From Candidatus Oleimmundimicrobium sp. (GTDB lineage: Bacteria; Actinomycetota; Aquicultoria; UBA3085; Oleimmundimicrobiaceae): 52,734 nt of DNA. The position numbers were made by a program, and so were the translations under genes. The notes beneath the pieces are model-generated. The model made no database searches, was not told the DNA's origin, and worked only from the letters and a program-made list of their open reading frames with translations. This document shows positions 38,285 through 49,688 of the stretch, piece by piece (positions within the stretch are counted from its first letter, which is position 1; every line of letters starts with the position of its first letter). Location of the stretch: assembly GCF_030651595.1 (NCBI RefSeq), contig NZ_JAUSCH010000057.1, positions 1-52,734 of the forward strand. The letters are read 5' to 3'.

Positions 38285-38911
38285 TTATTTGGAGTAAAGC
38301 TCCACGATGAGTTCTTCTTTTATTGAAATATCAATTTGTTCACGAGTGGGTAAATTTAAGATTTTTCCAATCACGGCCTTGCTATCTACTTCAAGCCAAG
38401 AAGGAATTTCTGATTTACTGGTTGACTTAAAACTTTCCTTAATCTTTTCAACTTTAGAACCGTGATCCGTTAAACCAATAATGTCTCCTTGTTTAACTCT
38501 GTATGAAGGAATATCGACCCTTCGGCTATTGACCGTAAAGTGGCCATGTTTTACCGACTGACGAGCTTCCGCACGAGATCTAGCAAATCCTAAATGGTAA
38601 ACTATATTGTCTAATCTGGTCTCTAAAATTTTTAAAAGATTCTCGCCCGTTATCCCTTTTTGCTTAGCCGCTATATCGTAATAACGCTTAAACTGTTTTT
38701 CAAGTACTCCAAAGATTCGTTTTGCTTTCTGTTTTTCCCTCAATTGTGCACTATATTGAGATGGTTTAGTAAATCTTTTCCCGTGTTCTCCGGGAACAAA
38801 GGGACGCCTCTCCATAGCACACTTATCGGTAAGACACCTCTCACCTTTTAAAAAGAGCTTTTCTTTTTCTCTACGACATAATTTACAAACTGGACCCGTA
38901 TATCTAGCCAT
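38285..38911 (-). CDS. rpsD: 30S ribosomal protein S4
   Basis: [22 protein letters not shown] and RLDN motifs. Confidence 0.98.
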   Translation of the reverse strand: MARYTGPVCKLCRREKEKLFLKGERCLTDKCAMERRPFVPGEHGKRFTKPSQYSAQLREKQKAKRIFGVLEKQFKRYYDIAAKQKGITGENLLKILETRLDNIVYHLGFARSRAEARQSVKHGHFTVNSRRVDIPSYRVKQGDIIGLTDHGSKVEKIKESFKSTSKSEIPSWLEVDSKAVIGKILNLPTREQIDISIKEELIVELYSK

Positions 38912-38922
38912 ATTTTAACTCC

Positions 38923-39321
38923 TTAAACCCTTCTTCTTTTTTTAAGTCGGCATCCGTTATGCGGAACCGGTGTAACATCACTCACGTTCCCAATCTCTAA
39001 GCCAGCTGCTTGGAGCGTCCTAACTGCCGTTTCTTTCCCTGCTCCAGGACCTTTTACAAAAACTTCAACTTTTTTCATACCATGTTCTTTAGCTTCCTTT
39101 GCAACAGTCTCTGCCACCATTTGAGCAGCAAAAGGAGTGCTTTTTCTGGAGCCTTTAAACCCCACGCTACCAGCGCTCTCCCAAGCAATAGTATTTCCAT
39201 CTAAATCGGTTATCGTAACTATCGTGTTGTTATAAGTCGATTTAATATGAGCTGCTCCATATGCAACATTTTTTTTCTCTTTACGCTTGACTCTACTTTT
39301 CGAAGTCTTTTTTACTGCCAA
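38923..39321 (-). CDS. rpsK: 30S ribosomal protein S11
   Basis: [20 protein letters not shown] and PHNGC motifs. Confidence 0.98.
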   Translation of the reverse strand: MAVKKTSKSRVKRKEKKNVAYGAAHIKSTYNNTIVTITDLDGNTIAWESAGSVGFKGSRKSTPFAAQMVAETVAKEAKEHGMKKVEVFVKGPGAGKETAVRTLQAAGLEIGNVSDVTPVPHNGCRLKKRRRV

Positions 39322-39349
39322 CTACTTGCCTTCCCTTCTCTTACTATTT

Positions 39350-39724
39350 TTACTTACTCTTTTTTTTTGCTCCTACCGCTCTTCGTGGACCTTTACGTGT
39401 CCTTGCATTAGTATGTGTGCGTTGTCCTCTGACAGGAAGTCCTCGTCTGTGTCGGAACCCTCTATAACAACCTATCTCCATCAACCGCTTGATATTTTGA
39501 GATATTTCACGGCGAAGATCTCCTTCAATCTGAAAATTTTTATTAATATACTCTCTTAGTCGTGTAGCTTCTTCTTCGGTTAAATTACGAACCCGAGTAT
39601 CTTTATCTACCCCAGTTGCCTTCAAAATTTCATTTGCCCCTGATTTTCCTATCCCATATATATAAGTTAAACCAATTTCAACCCTTTTATCTCTCGGTAA
39701 ATCTATGCCCGCGATTCTTGCCAA
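39350..39724 (-). CDS. rpsM: 30S ribosomal protein S13
   Basis: ARIAG.DLP and [19 protein letters not shown]; TTG start after GGAGG. Confidence 0.98.
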   Translation of the reverse strand: MARIAGIDLPRDKRVEIGLTYIYGIGKSGANEILKATGVDKDTRVRNLTEEEATRLREYINKNFQIEGDLRREISQNIKRLMEIGCYRGFRHRRGLPVRGQRTHTNARTRKGPRRAVGAKKKSK

Positions 39725-39765
39725 TTGTCTTCCCTCCATCAAAATATATCAATGAATAAACTTGT

Positions 39766-39879
39766 TTATCCTTGCCTTTGTTTGTGCCTTGGGTTTTCAC
39801 AAATAACCCGTACGCGTCCTTTTCGCTTTATAATCTTACATTTTTCACAAATCTTTTTAACTGATGGCTTAACTTTCAT
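39766..39879 (-). CDS. rpmJ: 50S ribosomal protein L36
   Basis: Manual translation [37 protein letters not shown]; too short for the ORF track. Confidence 0.97.
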   Translation of the reverse strand: MKVKPSVKKICEKCKIIKRKGRVRVICENPRHKQRQG

Positions 39880-39899
39880 AGTTGTATCTCCTGCTTAGC

Positions 39900-40124
39900 T
39901 TATTTATGCCTATATGTAATACGTCCTCTACTCAAATTATAAGGAGAAAGCTCTACAGTAACCTTATCTCCTGGAAGAATCCTAATATAGTGCATCCTCA
40001 TTTTTCCTGAAATATGAGCTAAAATTATATACTCATTGTCAAGCTTTACCCTAAACATAGCGTTTGGTAAAGTTTCTACAACCTCTCCATCTACCTCAAT
40101 TGTTTCTTCTTTTTTGGCTACCAA
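39900..40124 (-). CDS. infA: Translation initiation factor IF-1
   Basis: [28 protein letters not shown] motifs. Confidence 0.98.
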   Translation of the reverse strand: MVAKKEETIEVDGEVVETLPNAMFRVKLDNEYIILAHISGKMRMHYIRILPGDKVTVELSPYNLSRGRITYRHK

Positions 40125-40192
40125 AATAAACCATTTCCTTCCACTACTTGCAAGCCACGAAAAGGAATTATAACAAAAATATAATCTTAAGT

Positions 40193-40939
40193 CTACCAGA
40201 AAGTTAAAATATCCGAACCTTCAGGTGTTATTACAACAGTATGTTCAAAATGAGCCGACAAACTTCCATCACAAGTTACAACTGTCCAATTATTTTTCAA
40301 AATTTTTACACTATAATTTCCCATATTTACCATTGGCTCGATGGCAAATACCATACCTTTTTTTAAGGTCGGGCCTCGATTCGGTAACCCATAATTTGGA
40401 ATCGGAGGATCTTCATGCAGCTTCAAACCCACTCCGTGGCCCACAAAATCTCTTACAATAGAAAAACCGGCATTTTCTACCACTTTTTGAATAGCGTGAG
40501 ATATATCATAAAGCTTATTTCCAACAACACACTTTTCAATTCCTGCCGAAAGCGCTTTTCGCGTTACATTAATAAGGGTACTTGCCTGTTCAGAAATTTT
40601 GCCTACAGGAAAAGTTGCAGCTGCGTCTGCGTAACAACCTTGATACTCAACCCCTACATCTATGCCAACAATATCCCCTGACCTGATTTTCCGCGAGCCG
40701 GGAATCCCGTGAACAACTTCTTCGTTTACCGAAACGCAAGCCGAAGCCGGAAATCCCCTATATCCTTTGAACGCCGGCCGGCCTCCCATCTTCGTAATGG
40801 TTGACTGGACAATATCATCAATTTCAGCCGTTGTCATACCGGGCTCTATTAAATTTTCAATTTTTTTAATGGCCGTTCCAACAATCTTTCCTGCTTCACG
40901 TATCCGCTTTATCTCATCAGACGATTTAATTATAATCAC
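40193..40939 (-). CDS. map: Type I methionine aminopeptidase
   Basis: [29 protein letters not shown] and HFEHT motifs. Confidence 0.97.
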   Translation of the reverse strand: MIIIKSSDEIKRIREAGKIVGTAIKKIENLIEPGMTTAEIDDIVQSTITKMGGRPAFKGYRGFPASACVSVNEEVVHGIPGSRKIRSGDIVGIDVGVEYQGCYADAAATFPVGKISEQASTLINVTRKALSAGIEKCVVGNKLYDISHAIQKVVENAGFSIVRDFVGHGVGLKLHEDPPIPNYGLPNRGPTLKKGMVFAIEPMVNMGNYSVKILKNNWTVVTCDGSLSAHFEHTVVITPEGSDILTFW

Positions 40940-41586
40940 ATTAATTCCGCAAGTAGCTCAATTACAGAGCACTCTACATCAGCAATAGGTTTCTCTCCGT
41001 TTATAGTCTTTAATATTCCTTCATCTTTATAGTAATCAATTAAAGGAGCTGTCTGTTTGCGATAAACCTCAAGTCTGTTTTTAACAGTTTCAACAGTATC
41101 ATCATCGCGTTGATAAAGCTCTTTACCACAAATATCACATAAACCTTTAATTTTCGGCGGATTAAAAATAAGATGGTACACTTTGCCACAATTTTTACAA
41201 CTTCTGCGGCCTGTAAGTCGCTTAACTAGCTCATCTTCACTCACATTAATGCTTAAAGCCACGTCTATCTTCTTCCCTGCCTCAGCAAGCGCTCTTTTTA
41301 GAGCATCAGACTGAGCAACTGTACGTGGAAAACCATCTAGGATAAAACCTCTTTTACAATCCTCTTCCAATAAACGATCTTTAACAATCCCCACAACTAC
41401 CTCGTCTGGTACAAGCTCGCCTTTATCCATATATTCTTTTGCCTTAATTCCAAGTTTCGTCTTATTTGCAACAGCCAACCTTAACATATCACCTGTTGAA
41501 ATGTGGGACATATTATACTTTTTCGCTATAACTTTAGCCTGTGTTCCTTTCCCTGCCCCAGGCGCTCCAAGTAAAATTATATTTAT
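40936..41586 (-). CDS. adk: Adenylate kinase (apparent AUA start)
   Basis: In-frame upstream extension ATA-NIILLGAPGAGKGTQA restores the P-loop; HISTGDMLR, LDGFPR; zinc lid CKNC...CDIC. Confidence 0.95.
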   Translation of the reverse strand: MNIILLGAPGAGKGTQAKVIAKKYNMSHISTGDMLRLAVANKTKLGIKAKEYMDKGELVPDEVVVGIVKDRLLEEDCKRGFILDGFPRTVAQSDALKRALAEAGKKIDVALSINVSEDELVKRLTGRRSCKNCGKVYHLIFNPPKIKGLCDICGKELYQRDDDTVETVKNRLEVYRKQTAPLIDYYKDEGILKTINGEKPIADVECSVIELLAELM

Positions 41587-41617
41587 CTTTCTTCCTCCTT
41601 AAATTAAATCAACTTTT

Positions 41618-42877
41618 CTATTTAAGAAAGCCCTCATAGTGCCTCATTAACAACTGGGACTCCAGCTGCTGAACTGTTTCTAAAGAAACACCAACTATAA
41701 TCAAGAGAGAAATCCCACCAAAATGTTTAAAAAAAGGAACGTTTAACGTTGCCATTATTACTGTGGGAAGAAGGGCAACCAGAGCTAAAAAAAACGAACC
41801 CGGTAGTGTAATTCTATTTAAAATATGATCTAAATAAACAGCGGTGGGCTTCCCTGGTCTAACTCCAGGGATAAACCCTCCATATTTTTTAATATTATCC
41901 GCAATATCAATCGGATTGAAAGTTACTGCCGTATAGAAATAGGAAAAAAAAATAATTAAAAGACCGTAAATTGTCATATATACCGGAGAAGTAGGTACCA
42001 AAAAATTTGATATAGCTTCAAATGTCTTCGTCGGAAAAAATTGAGCAATCGTTGCGGGAAACATCAAAACTGAAGCAGCAAAGATAATTGGAATAACACC
42101 TGACTGGTTAATTTTAAGAGGAATATATGTACTCTGCCCCCCATACATTTTTCTGCCAACTACCCGCTTTGCATATTGAACAGGGATTCTGCGTTGGCCC
42201 ATTTCCATAACAACAATTGCAAGAAAAACAACCAGTATAACGACGATAAGCAACACAATAAGATATGGACTAACAACCTGAAGTGTTTGAATAACCGCTT
42301 CGGGAAATCTTGAAAGAATGCTCACCGTAATTATAAGTGACATCCCATTGCCAATTCCATGCTGAGTTATTAATTCACCCAACCACATAATGAGAACGGT
42401 CCCTGCCACCAAAGTCATAATGATTAAAAATTTGTCCATCATTGAAAGACCCAACTTTAATTGACGCTCAATAAATACAGTTGTAGCCATCGACTGAACT
42501 ATTGCTAACCCCAAGGTCATATACCTTGTCCACTGAGTTATTTTCCTTTGGCCCGATTCCCCTTCTTTTGACCATTCCTCCAACTTGGGAATCACTATGG
42601 TTAATAACTGCATAATGATTGCAGCTGTAATATAAGGCATTATCCCCAAAGCAAACACGGCAAAATTGGAAAGTGCTCCACCTGCAAAAATATCCATAAA
42701 CCCAAACATGCTCCCCTTTTGGGTAAATTGATTAAACAGTTCCTTTATAATCCCAACATCGATTCCGGGAACAGGCACAAAACAACCAAACCGATAGATG
42801 GCTATTATTAATAAAGTAGCCAAGATGCGTTTCCTTAACTCTGGAACCTTAAAAGCATTTAGCAAGCCTTTTATCAT
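41618..42877 (-). CDS. secY: Preprotein translocase SecY
   Basis: FALGIMPYITA, GIGNG.S, GVIPIIFA and FIPGVRPG motifs. Confidence 0.98.
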   Translation of the reverse strand: MIKGLLNAFKVPELRKRILATLLIIAIYRFGCFVPVPGIDVGIIKELFNQFTQKGSMFGFMDIFAGGALSNFAVFALGIMPYITAAIIMQLLTIVIPKLEEWSKEGESGQRKITQWTRYMTLGLAIVQSMATTVFIERQLKLGLSMMDKFLIIMTLVAGTVLIMWLGELITQHGIGNGMSLIITVSILSRFPEAVIQTLQVVSPYLIVLLIVVILVVFLAIVVMEMGQRRIPVQYAKRVVGRKMYGGQSTYIPLKINQSGVIPIIFAASVLMFPATIAQFFPTKTFEAISNFLVPTSPVYMTIYGLLIIFFSYFYTAVTFNPIDIADNIKKYGGFIPGVRPGKPTAVYLDHILNRITLPGSFFLALVALLPTVIMATLNVPFFKHFGGISLLIIVGVSLETVQQLESQLLMRHYEGFLK

Positions 42878-43320
42878 TAGATTACCTCAACCTTCCCGCC
42901 AGCTTTCTCAATTTTATCAACAGCAATTTTGCTGAATGAATTTGCTTTAACGGTAAATGGTTTTGTAATTTCTCCTTTACCTAAAATCTTAATTAAAATA
43001 CCTTTCTTCCTAACTACCTTCTTCTCGTATAGTTTCTCCGGATCAATAATCGAACCACTTTTAAACGTATTAATCTTGTCAACATTTACGATAGCGTATT
43101 CTTTCTTAAAAATATTTTTAAAACCCGGAAGTCTTGGAAGTCTTCTTTGAAGAGGATTTTGACCCCCCTCAAAACCAAGTCTTGGACCTTTACCAGAACG
43201 AGACTTTTGTCCCTTTTGCCCTCTTCCGCAAGTCTTCCCCATACCGGAACCTTCTCCTCGACCCACTCTTTTTTCTTTTTTTATAGAACCTTTTTCGGGT
43301 TTTAAATTATGAATTTCCAT
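42877..43320 (-). CDS. rplO: 50S ribosomal protein L15
   Basis: RVGRG.GSG.GKT.GRG.KGQ and GFEGGQ.PL motifs. Confidence 0.98.
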   Translation of the reverse strand: MEIHNLKPEKGSIKKEKRVGRGEGSGMGKTCGRGQKGQKSRSGKGPRLGFEGGQNPLQRRLPRLPGFKNIFKKEYAIVNVDKINTFKSGSIIDPEKLYEKKVVRKKGILIKILGKGEITKPFTVKANSFSKIAVDKIEKAGGKVEVI

Positions 43321-43346
43321 TTATTCTTCCTCCAACACAAAGTGAA

Positions 43347-43529
43347 CTAACTAATTTCTTCAACTTTCAAAAGATGTGAAACTTTATTTATCATTCCCCT
43401 AATTTCCGGAGTATTATTCTTAATAACAACATCGTTTATACGTTTAAGACCCAAAGCACGAACAGTCTGCCTTTGTGATTTAATGTGCCCTATTATACTT
43501 GCCACTTGTTTTATCTTAAGCTTTGTCAC
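43347..43529 (-). CDS. rpmD: 50S ribosomal protein L30
   Basis: S.IG, TVRALGL and RGMINKV.HL motifs. Confidence 0.95.
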   Translation of the reverse strand: MTKLKIKQVASIIGHIKSQRQTVRALGLKRINDVVIKNNTPEIRGMINKVSHLLKVEEIS

Positions 43530-43531
43530 AT

Positions 43532-44035
43532 CTACCTCCCGATAATCTCCTCAATAGTTTTGCCTCTCATTTCTGCAACATTTTTAGCATTCTTTAAGTT
43601 TTTTAAGCCATCCATGGTTGCAGAAACCATATTAATTGAATTACTTGAGCCAAGTGACTTAGCTAAAATATCTTTTACGCCCGCCAATTCCAAAATAGCT
43701 CTAACTGGACCACCTGCAATAACACCTGTTCCTTTAGCAGCAGGTTTTAAAAGCACTTTTCCTGCTCCAGCTTTTCCAAGAATAGCGTGAGGTATAGTAG
43801 AACCAACTAAAGGCACTTCAATTAGACTTTTTTTGGCGTTTTTAGCAGCTTTTGAAATAGCAATTGGAATTTCTTTGCCCTTTCCTAAACCTACACCAAC
43901 ATGTCCTTCACCATCACCAACAGCAACTAACGCGCTAAGGCTAAACTTGCGGCCACCTTTTACTACTTTAGAAACTCTATTTGTATAAACAACTCTCTCT
44001 TCCAAATTCAACTTATCTGGATTAATTCTCGCCAC
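43532..44035 (-). CDS. rpsE: 30S ribosomal protein S5
   Basis: RVSKVVKGG and GTGVIAGG motifs. Confidence 0.98.
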   Translation of the reverse strand: MARINPDKLNLEERVVYTNRVSKVVKGGRKFSLSALVAVGDGEGHVGVGLGKGKEIPIAISKAAKNAKKSLIEVPLVGSTIPHAILGKAGAGKVLLKPAAKGTGVIAGGPVRAILELAGVKDILAKSLGSSNSINMVSATMDGLKNLKNAKNVAEMRGKTIEEIIGR

Positions 44036-44051
44036 TAAATATCCTCCTTCT

Positions 44052-44423
44052 TTAAAATTTCAAGCCACCGTCGCGAGCTGCCTCCGCCAAAGACTTTACC
44101 TTACCGTGGTAAAGATATCCTCCTCTGTCAAAAACAACCTCTTTAATTCCCTTCTTCTTTGCTTTTTTGCTTATCAACACTCCCACTTCTTTGGCTGCCT
44201 CAATATCTTTTCCGCCTTCTGGAAGCTTTCCTTTAAGCTCTTTATCCAATGAAGAAGCACTCGCTAAAGTAATCCCCTTAGTGTCATCTATTATTTGAGC
44301 ATAAATATTTTTATTGCTCCTATAAACACACAATCTTGGCTTATCTAGAGTTCCTATTAAATTTTTTCTAACTCGTCTATGCCTTCTTTTCCTTGCCAAA
44401 ACTTTTTTGTAAGTTTTCGCCAT
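44052..44423 (-). CDS. rplR: 50S ribosomal protein L18
   Basis: [14 protein letters not shown] and [10 protein letters not shown]; start at Met after GGAGG. Confidence 0.97.
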   Translation of the reverse strand: MAKTYKKVLARKRRHRRVRKNLIGTLDKPRLCVYRSNKNIYAQIIDDTKGITLASASSLDKELKGKLPEGGKDIEAAKEVGVLISKKAKKKGIKEVVFDRGGYLYHGKVKSLAEAARDGGLKF

Positions 44424-44444
44424 AATACCCTCCAACTTAACTTA

Positions 44445-44981
44445 TTATTTCGCCGTTTTCCCGGCTTTTCTGCGAACATATTCTCCTGCATATTTAATCC
44501 CTTTACCCTTGTAAGGTTCCACCGGACGAACGGCTTTTATTTTAGCAGCAAAATCTCCCAGTATCTCATTATTTATACTTTTAAGAATCACTCGTGTAGG
44601 AACCGGGATTTCAACCTCGACGTCTTTAGGTAACTCTAATAATACCGGGTTCGAATAACCCATTTGAAGTTCAAGACTATTCCCCTTCTGAACTGCCTTA
44701 TAACCCACCCCTACAATCTCAAGTTGCTTTTCAAAACCCACGCTTACACCTTTAACCATATTAGCCACTAAGCTCCTGATTAAACCGTGTAACGATCTTT
44801 GTTCTTTACTATCAAACTCTCTCTTAATGCTAAGTTTATTTTCCTCTTTGCAAATATTTACATTGCTCGTGAAGGTCTTAGTTAAAACTCCTTTGGGACC
44901 TTTCACTGTAAGAGTGTTTCCTTCAATTTGCACTTCCACACCCGCAGGGATCTCCACAGGCAGCTTCCCTATCCTAGACAT
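44445..44981 (-). CDS. rplF: 50S ribosomal protein L6
   Basis: MSRIGK.P, GVGYK and PYKGKG motifs. Confidence 0.98.
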   Translation of the reverse strand: MSRIGKLPVEIPAGVEVQIEGNTLTVKGPKGVLTKTFTSNVNICKEENKLSIKREFDSKEQRSLHGLIRSLVANMVKGVSVGFEKQLEIVGVGYKAVQKGNSLELQMGYSNPVLLELPKDVEVEIPVPTRVILKSINNEILGDFAAKIKAVRPVEPYKGKGIKYAGEYVRRKAGKTAK

Positions 44982-45011
44982 TCTAAACCTCCATCAATTC
45001 TAAAAACATTT

Positions 45012-45416
45012 TTACCATACATAACAAATTACTTCGCCACCCACTTCTTCGGCAGAAGCTTTTTTATCAGTCACAATTCCTTTGGGTGTACTTAAAATAG
45101 CTATCCCAAGCCCACTCAAAACTCTGGGGATTGCATCCTTTTTTGCGTACACTCTCAATCCAGGCTTACTAATTCTTTTTATGCCTGTTATTACTTTTTC
45201 GTGATTCTTTTTATAACGCAAATTTATTCGAATCATATCTTTTCCACTATCTTTTTCTTTTATTGCTCTGTAGTTGTCGATGTAACCTTCCTCTTTTAAT
45301 ACCTTCGCTATCTCAACTTTAATTTTTGAAGCTGGTACATCAACAACATCATGACAAGCATTGCTTGCATTCCGAACTCTTGTAAGCATATCAGCAATAG
45401 GATCTGTCATTCCCAT
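45012..45416 (-). CDS. rpsH: 30S ribosomal protein S8
   Basis: [19 protein letters not shown] and GLGIAILST motifs. Confidence 0.98.
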   Translation of the reverse strand: MGMTDPIADMLTRVRNASNACHDVVDVPASKIKVEIAKVLKEEGYIDNYRAIKEKDSGKDMIRINLRYKKNHEKVITGIKRISKPGLRVYAKKDAIPRVLSGLGIAILSTPKGIVTDKKASAEEVGGEVICYVW

Positions 45417-45450
45417 AAAATTTCCCCCTTAACCTCTAACTAAATACTTT

Positions 45451-45636
45451 TTACCAGCTTGCTTTTTTAAGCCCCGGGATTTCTCCTTTATGAGCTAATT
45501 CTCTTAAGCAAATTCGACAAAGTTTAAACTTTTTGAAACAACCACGCGGTCTTCCGCAACGAACACATCTTGTGTATTCGCGAACTGCAAACTTTTGTTT
45601 TCTTTTTTGTTTCTCAACAAGAGCTTTTTTCGCCAC
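45451..45636 (-). CDS. rpsN: 30S ribosomal protein S14, type Z (zinc-binding)
   Basis: RCVRCGRP...CRIC.R..A..G.IPG. Confidence 0.97.
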   Translation of the reverse strand: MAKKALVEKQKRKQKFAVREYTRCVRCGRPRGCFKKFKLCRICLRELAHKGEIPGLKKASW

Positions 45637-45672
45637 TTACGCCTCCTAAAAATTTAACCGATCATAAATCCC

Positions 45673-46281
45673 TTAACTAACTTTCTTAAATGGAAATCCG
45701 AAATATTTTAATAAAGCAAAACCGTGCTCATCATTTTGAGCTGTTGTAACAATAGTTATATCCATTCCACGAACTTTATCTATCTTATCGTAATCAATCT
45801 CAGGAAAAATTAGCTGTTCATCAACACCTATAGTAAAGTTTCCCTGACCATCAAAAGATTTTGGAGAAAGACCTCTAAAATCTCGAATACGCGGCAATGC
45901 CAAACTAAGCAAACGATCCAAAAATTCATACATTCGGTCTCCCCGAATTGTAACCTTACAACCGATGGGATTTCCTTTTCGAATTTTAAATCCAGCAATG
46001 GATTTCTTGGCTCTCGTAACGGCAGGCCTTTGACCGGTAATAATTGAAATATCTTCAACTATATGGTCAATGACTTTGGGATTCTGAATTGCTTCACCAG
46101 CTCCCACGTTTACTATAATCTTTACAATGCGAGGAACCTCCATAGGATTTTTTAAGGAAAACTCCTTTACAAACTCAGGAATTATCTCTTTCCTATATTT
46201 TACTTTCAAACGAGGAATAACTCGCTTTTCAATTTCACTTGCTTTTTTCTTAGTTTTCGACTGAACCTTTGACTCTGCCAA
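45673..46281 (-). CDS. rplE: 50S ribosomal protein L5 (Lys-rich N-terminal extension)
   Basis: [16 protein letters not shown] and RGMDITIVT motifs. Confidence 0.97.
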   Translation of the reverse strand: MAESKVQSKTKKKASEIEKRVIPRLKVKYRKEIIPEFVKEFSLKNPMEVPRIVKIIVNVGAGEAIQNPKVIDHIVEDISIITGQRPAVTRAKKSIAGFKIRKGNPIGCKVTIRGDRMYEFLDRLLSLALPRIRDFRGLSPKSFDGQGNFTIGVDEQLIFPEIDYDKIDKVRGMDITIVTTAQNDEHGFALLKYFGFPFKKVS

Positions 46282-46314
46282 CTTAACCTCCTACAAAACA
46301 AAAGCTAAAAAGCT

Positions 46315-46635
46315 CTATTTATCAATATCCTGTTTACATTTTTTGCATACTCTTATCTTGCCCTTACCGGTCTCACGCTTCTCAACTCTAGTAGCAGCGC
46401 CACAGCTAGGACAAATTAATTGAACATTAGAAACGTTTATTGAGCCCTCTCTTTCAACTATTCCTCCTTCAGGATTCGTTTGAGTCGGACGCGTGTTTTT
46501 TTTAACTAAGTTTAAACCTTCGATAATAACTCGTTCTTTTCGAGGAAAAACTCTCAAAACTTTCCCCTTTTTACCTACGTCTTTTCCGGCTAGAACCAAC
46601 ACTTTATCGCCTTTTTTAACATGAAGCTTGGACAT
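46315..46635 (-). CDS. rplX: 50S ribosomal protein L24
   Basis: VKKGDKV.V.AGKD.GK.G; start at the Met after AGGAG. Confidence 0.97.
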   Translation of the reverse strand: MSKLHVKKGDKVLVLAGKDVGKKGKVLRVFPRKERVIIEGLNLVKKNTRPTQTNPEGGIVEREGSINVSNVQLICPSCGAATRVEKRETGKGKIRVCKKCKQDIDK

Positions 46636-46652
46636 TAAAAAGCTCCTTTCTT

Positions 46653-47021
46653 TCATAGTACTTCGGGTGCCAGAGAAACTATTTTCATAAAATTTTTATC
46701 TCTTAATTCTCTAGCAACCGGTCCAAAAATTCTAGTGCCCTGTGGATTCTTAGCTGCATCAATAATAACAGCTGCATTATCGTCAAACCTAATATAAGAT
46801 CCATCCGGCCGTCTTATTGTTTTATTCGTCCTAACGACAACAGCACGAACAATATCACTCTTCTTTACCGACCCTCCGGGAATAGCTACTTTCACGGTAG
46901 CAACAATTACATCCCCCACGCTCGCGTATCTTCTTTTGGAGCCACCCAATACTTTAATACATAACATCTCTTTGGCTCCGGTATTATCGGCAACCTTAAG
47001 TCTTGTTTCTTGTTGAATCAT
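46653..47021 (-). CDS. rplN: 50S ribosomal protein L14
   Basis: [15 protein letters not shown] and GTRIFGPV motifs. Confidence 0.98.
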   Translation of the reverse strand: MIQQETRLKVADNTGAKEMLCIKVLGGSKRRYASVGDVIVATVKVAIPGGSVKKSDIVRAVVVRTNKTIRRPDGSYIRFDDNAAVIIDAAKNPQGTRIFGPVARELRDKNFMKIVSLAPEVL

Positions 47022-47049
47022 CCCAATCACTCCTTAAAAAAGTGGCCAG

Positions 47050-47307
47050 TTATTTAGCCTTTTCTAAAACTGAAACCACTCGCCAACGTTTGGTTTTGCT
47101 TAATGGACGCACTTCCATTATCTCCACAATATCTCCAACTCTGCATTCATTTTTATCGTCATGAGCTTTAAACTTAGATGTCTTTTTAATGATTTTTTTA
47201 TATAAAGGATGCCGCGTTAATCTTTCCACAACAACCACAACGCTCTTATCCATCTTGTCGCTTACTACTTTTCCTGTTCTAGTTTTTCGTAACCCACGTT
47301 CACTCAT
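47050..47307 (-). CDS. rpsQ: 30S ribosomal protein S17
   Basis: G.VVSDKMDK and RPLSKTKRW motifs. Confidence 0.98.
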   Translation of the reverse strand: MSERGLRKTRTGKVVSDKMDKSVVVVVERLTRHPLYKKIIKKTSKFKAHDDKNECRVGDIVEIMEVRPLSKTKRWRVVSVLEKAK

Positions 47308-47352
47308 TCTTGCCTCCAATCTATCTACACATTACAGCAAATAAAAATTTAC

Positions 47353-47559
47353 TTATGCTCCTTTTTGTTCTTTTAGCTCTCGCTCTCTACAAACAGTTTG
47401 AATACGAGCAATATTCCTCTTAATTTCTCTTATCTTCATGTGGTTTTCAAGCTGACCCGTTGCCAATTGAAAACGCAAATTAAACAGTTCGTTCTTCGCT
47501 TCTTTTAGCTTTTCTTGCAACTCTTCGTCTTTAAGATTAACCAATTCTTTAACTTTCAT
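47353..47559 (-). CDS. rpmC: 50S ribosomal protein L29
   Basis: [13 protein letters not shown] and ..RNIARI.T motifs. Confidence 0.96.
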   Translation of the reverse strand: MKVKELVNLKDEELQEKLKEAKNELFNLRFQLATGQLENHMKIREIKRNIARIQTVCRERELKEQKGA

Positions 47560-47980
47560 GAGTTTCACCACCAACAATATGTCTTACAACCTTCGTCTTT
47601 ATCGGCAATTTATGAGAGGCAAGCCTCAAAGCTTCCTTCGCAATATCCTCACTGACACCCGCCAACTCAAACATAATTTTTCCTGGTTTCACTACTGCAA
47701 CCCAATATTCAGGCGATCCTTTCCCGCTTCCCATTCTTGTTTCAGCAGGTTTCTCTGTAACAGGTTTATCGGGAAATATATTTATCCAAACTTTTCCGCC
47801 ACGCTTCATGTGTCTAGTCATTGCAATTCTTGCCGCCTCAATCTGACGATTGGTTATCCACGCAGCCTCAAGAGCTTTAAGTCCATACTCTCCAAAATGT
47901 ATCGAACTTCCGCCCTTTGCCTTCCCTTTCATTCTTCCTCTTTGTACTTTTCGATACTTAACCCTACGAGGTAAAAGCAT
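47549..47980 (-). CDS. rplP: 50S ribosomal protein L16
   Basis: RQIEAARIA and RMGSGKG motifs. Confidence 0.98.
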   Translation of the reverse strand: MLLPRRVKYRKVQRGRMKGKAKGGSSIHFGEYGLKALEAAWITNRQIEAARIAMTRHMKRGGKVWINIFPDKPVTEKPAETRMGSGKGSPEYWVAVVKPGKIMFELAGVSEDIAKEALRLASHKLPIKTKVVRHIVGGETHES

Positions 47981-48957
47981 TATTTGGTTGCCTCCTCTGC
48001 ACTTTCTTCTTTTTTACTCTTTTTGGTCCCTTTTTTTATTTCGCTCTTCGCTTTTTTTTCGATTTTATCCGGTGCTTTTTTTGTCTTGATTTTTTTGCTT
48101 TCTTTAGTTTTCTTCTCTTTTGCCTCGGTTTTCACTTTTGCTTTCTTCTTTGCTTCTTCTTTTTCTTCAACTTTTATTACTGGTTTTGCTTCTGCTTTAA
48201 TTACTGCTTTTGCTTCTGCTTTAATTGCCGGTTTTCTTTCCTCTTCCTTTACTTTTACTTTTTTTACTTCTACCGGTTCTTTAACTTTCTTAGCAGTTTC
48301 TTCTCCAACTTTCTCTTCCATTTGTCTTTCTTTTTTGATTATGTCCCCTTTATAAATCCAAACCTTAACTCCAATTGTTCCAAAAACAGTGTTTGATTTA
48401 GCAAAACCATAGTTTATATCTGCACGAATCGTATGAAGTGGAACTCGCCCTTCGCGATACCATTCTCTTCGAGCCATCTCAGAGCCACCTAATCTACCTG
48501 CACAATTTATCCTAACGCCCTTGGCTCCACTTTTCATCGCAGCACCCACAGCTCTCTTCATTGCCCGTCTAAAAGAAACCCGGGCCTCAAGTTGATCTGC
48601 AATATTTTGAGCAACCAAACTTGCATCCAACTCCGGTTTTTTTACCTCTTGGATATTTATCTGTACTTTCTCCCTAGTTATCTTCTCTAGTTTAGAACGC
48701 AATACATCTACCTCAGCGCCCTTTTTACCTATCACAATTCCGGGACGAGCTGTATAAATATCGACTTTTACCCGATCTCCGGCTCGCTCAATTTCAACTT
48801 TTGAAATTCCCGCTCGCTTTGCTTTTTGATTTATATATTCTCTGATTCGTATATCCTTCTCAAGCAAATTACCGTATTCTTTTTTTGCAAACCATCTCGA
48901 CTTCCAGTCGTAAATTATGCCAAGCCTAAATCCATTCGGATTAACTTTTTGACCCAC
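47980..48957 (-). CDS. rpsC: 30S ribosomal protein S3 with long Lys/Glu/Ala-rich C-terminal extension
   Basis: GQKVNP.GFRLG, GRLGG.E and GRVPLHT; GTG start at 48957. Confidence 0.97.
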   Translation of the reverse strand: MGQKVNPNGFRLGIIYDWKSRWFAKKEYGNLLEKDIRIREYINQKAKRAGISKVEIERAGDRVKVDIYTARPGIVIGKKGAEVDVLRSKLEKITREKVQINIQEVKKPELDASLVAQNIADQLEARVSFRRAMKRAVGAAMKSGAKGVRINCAGRLGGSEMARREWYREGRVPLHTIRADINYGFAKSNTVFGTIGVKVWIYKGDIIKKERQMEEKVGEETAKKVKEPVEVKKVKVKEEERKPAIKAEAKAVIKAEAKPVIKVEEKEEAKKKAKVKTEAKEKKTKESKKIKTKKAPDKIEKKAKSEIKKGTKKSKKEESAEEATK

Positions 48958-49333
48958 GTTTAACTTCCTCCTCCTGCTCACTTACCACTACCGTAATATG
49001 ACTGGTTCTTTTGTTAATCCTACTTGCTCGCCCCATGGCTCTCGGACGAAATCTTTTAAGTGTAGGACCTTCATCAACATAAGCCTTAGAGACATAAAGA
49101 GTCCCTTTTAAATTCAAATTTATTTCTGCATTAGCTTTCGCTGAATTAACAACTTTGGCAACTTTTTTTGCAGCACCTCTTGGACAAAACTTCAATATAT
49201 TAATCGCTTCATCAACCTGCTTGCCTCTAATCAAATCAACAACTTGACGGGCTTTTTGAGGAGTTACACGAATATACTTTGCCACTGCTCTCACATCTTT
49301 ACTTTCCATTTTCTCCTTTGTTTCTTTTGCCAC
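48941..49333 (-). CDS. rplV: 50S ribosomal protein L22
   Basis: KAR.V.DLIRG, GPTLKR.RPRA.GRA and RTSHIT motifs. Confidence 0.98.
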   Translation of the reverse strand: MAKETKEKMESKDVRAVAKYIRVTPQKARQVVDLIRGKQVDEAINILKFCPRGAAKKVAKVVNSAKANAEINLNLKGTLYVSKAYVDEGPTLKRFRPRAMGRASRINKRTSHITVVVSEQEEEVKRGSKS

Positions 49334-49375
49334 TTTAATCCTCCAATAATACCTTTAAAAATTACTTTTCCAAAA

Positions 49376-49660
49376 TTATTTCAAACTTGTTGCCCGCTCA
49401 ACATGATGTCCGTGTCCCCTAAAAGTTCTAGTGGCAGCAAACTCACCAAGTTTGTGACCAACCATGCTTTCAGTAATATAAATAGGAACATGCTTTCTCC
49501 CATCATGCACAGCAATTGTATAACCAACCATCTCTGGGATTATTGTCGAGCTTCTTGACCACGTCTTAATCACTCTTTTTTCTTTTTTCTTGGTCATTAC
49601 ATGTATTTTTTCTAAAAGCTTCGAATCAACATACGGCCCTTTTTTTATTGACCTACCCAT
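49376..49660 (-). CDS. rpsS: 30S ribosomal protein S19
   Basis: [15 protein letters not shown] and GHKLGEF motifs. Confidence 0.98.
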   Translation of the reverse strand: MGRSIKKGPYVDSKLLEKIHVMTKKKEKRVIKTWSRSSTIIPEMVGYTIAVHDGRKHVPIYITESMVGHKLGEFAATRTFRGHGHHVERATSLK

Positions 49661-49688
49661 ACATTCCTCCATTACATAAACTTATAAT

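Noticed and set aside
47984-48355. 123-aa plus-strand hydrophobic ORF and similar antisense ORFs across the ribosomal cluster, groEL and glmM
   Set aside because: Reverse-complement shadows of conserved genes
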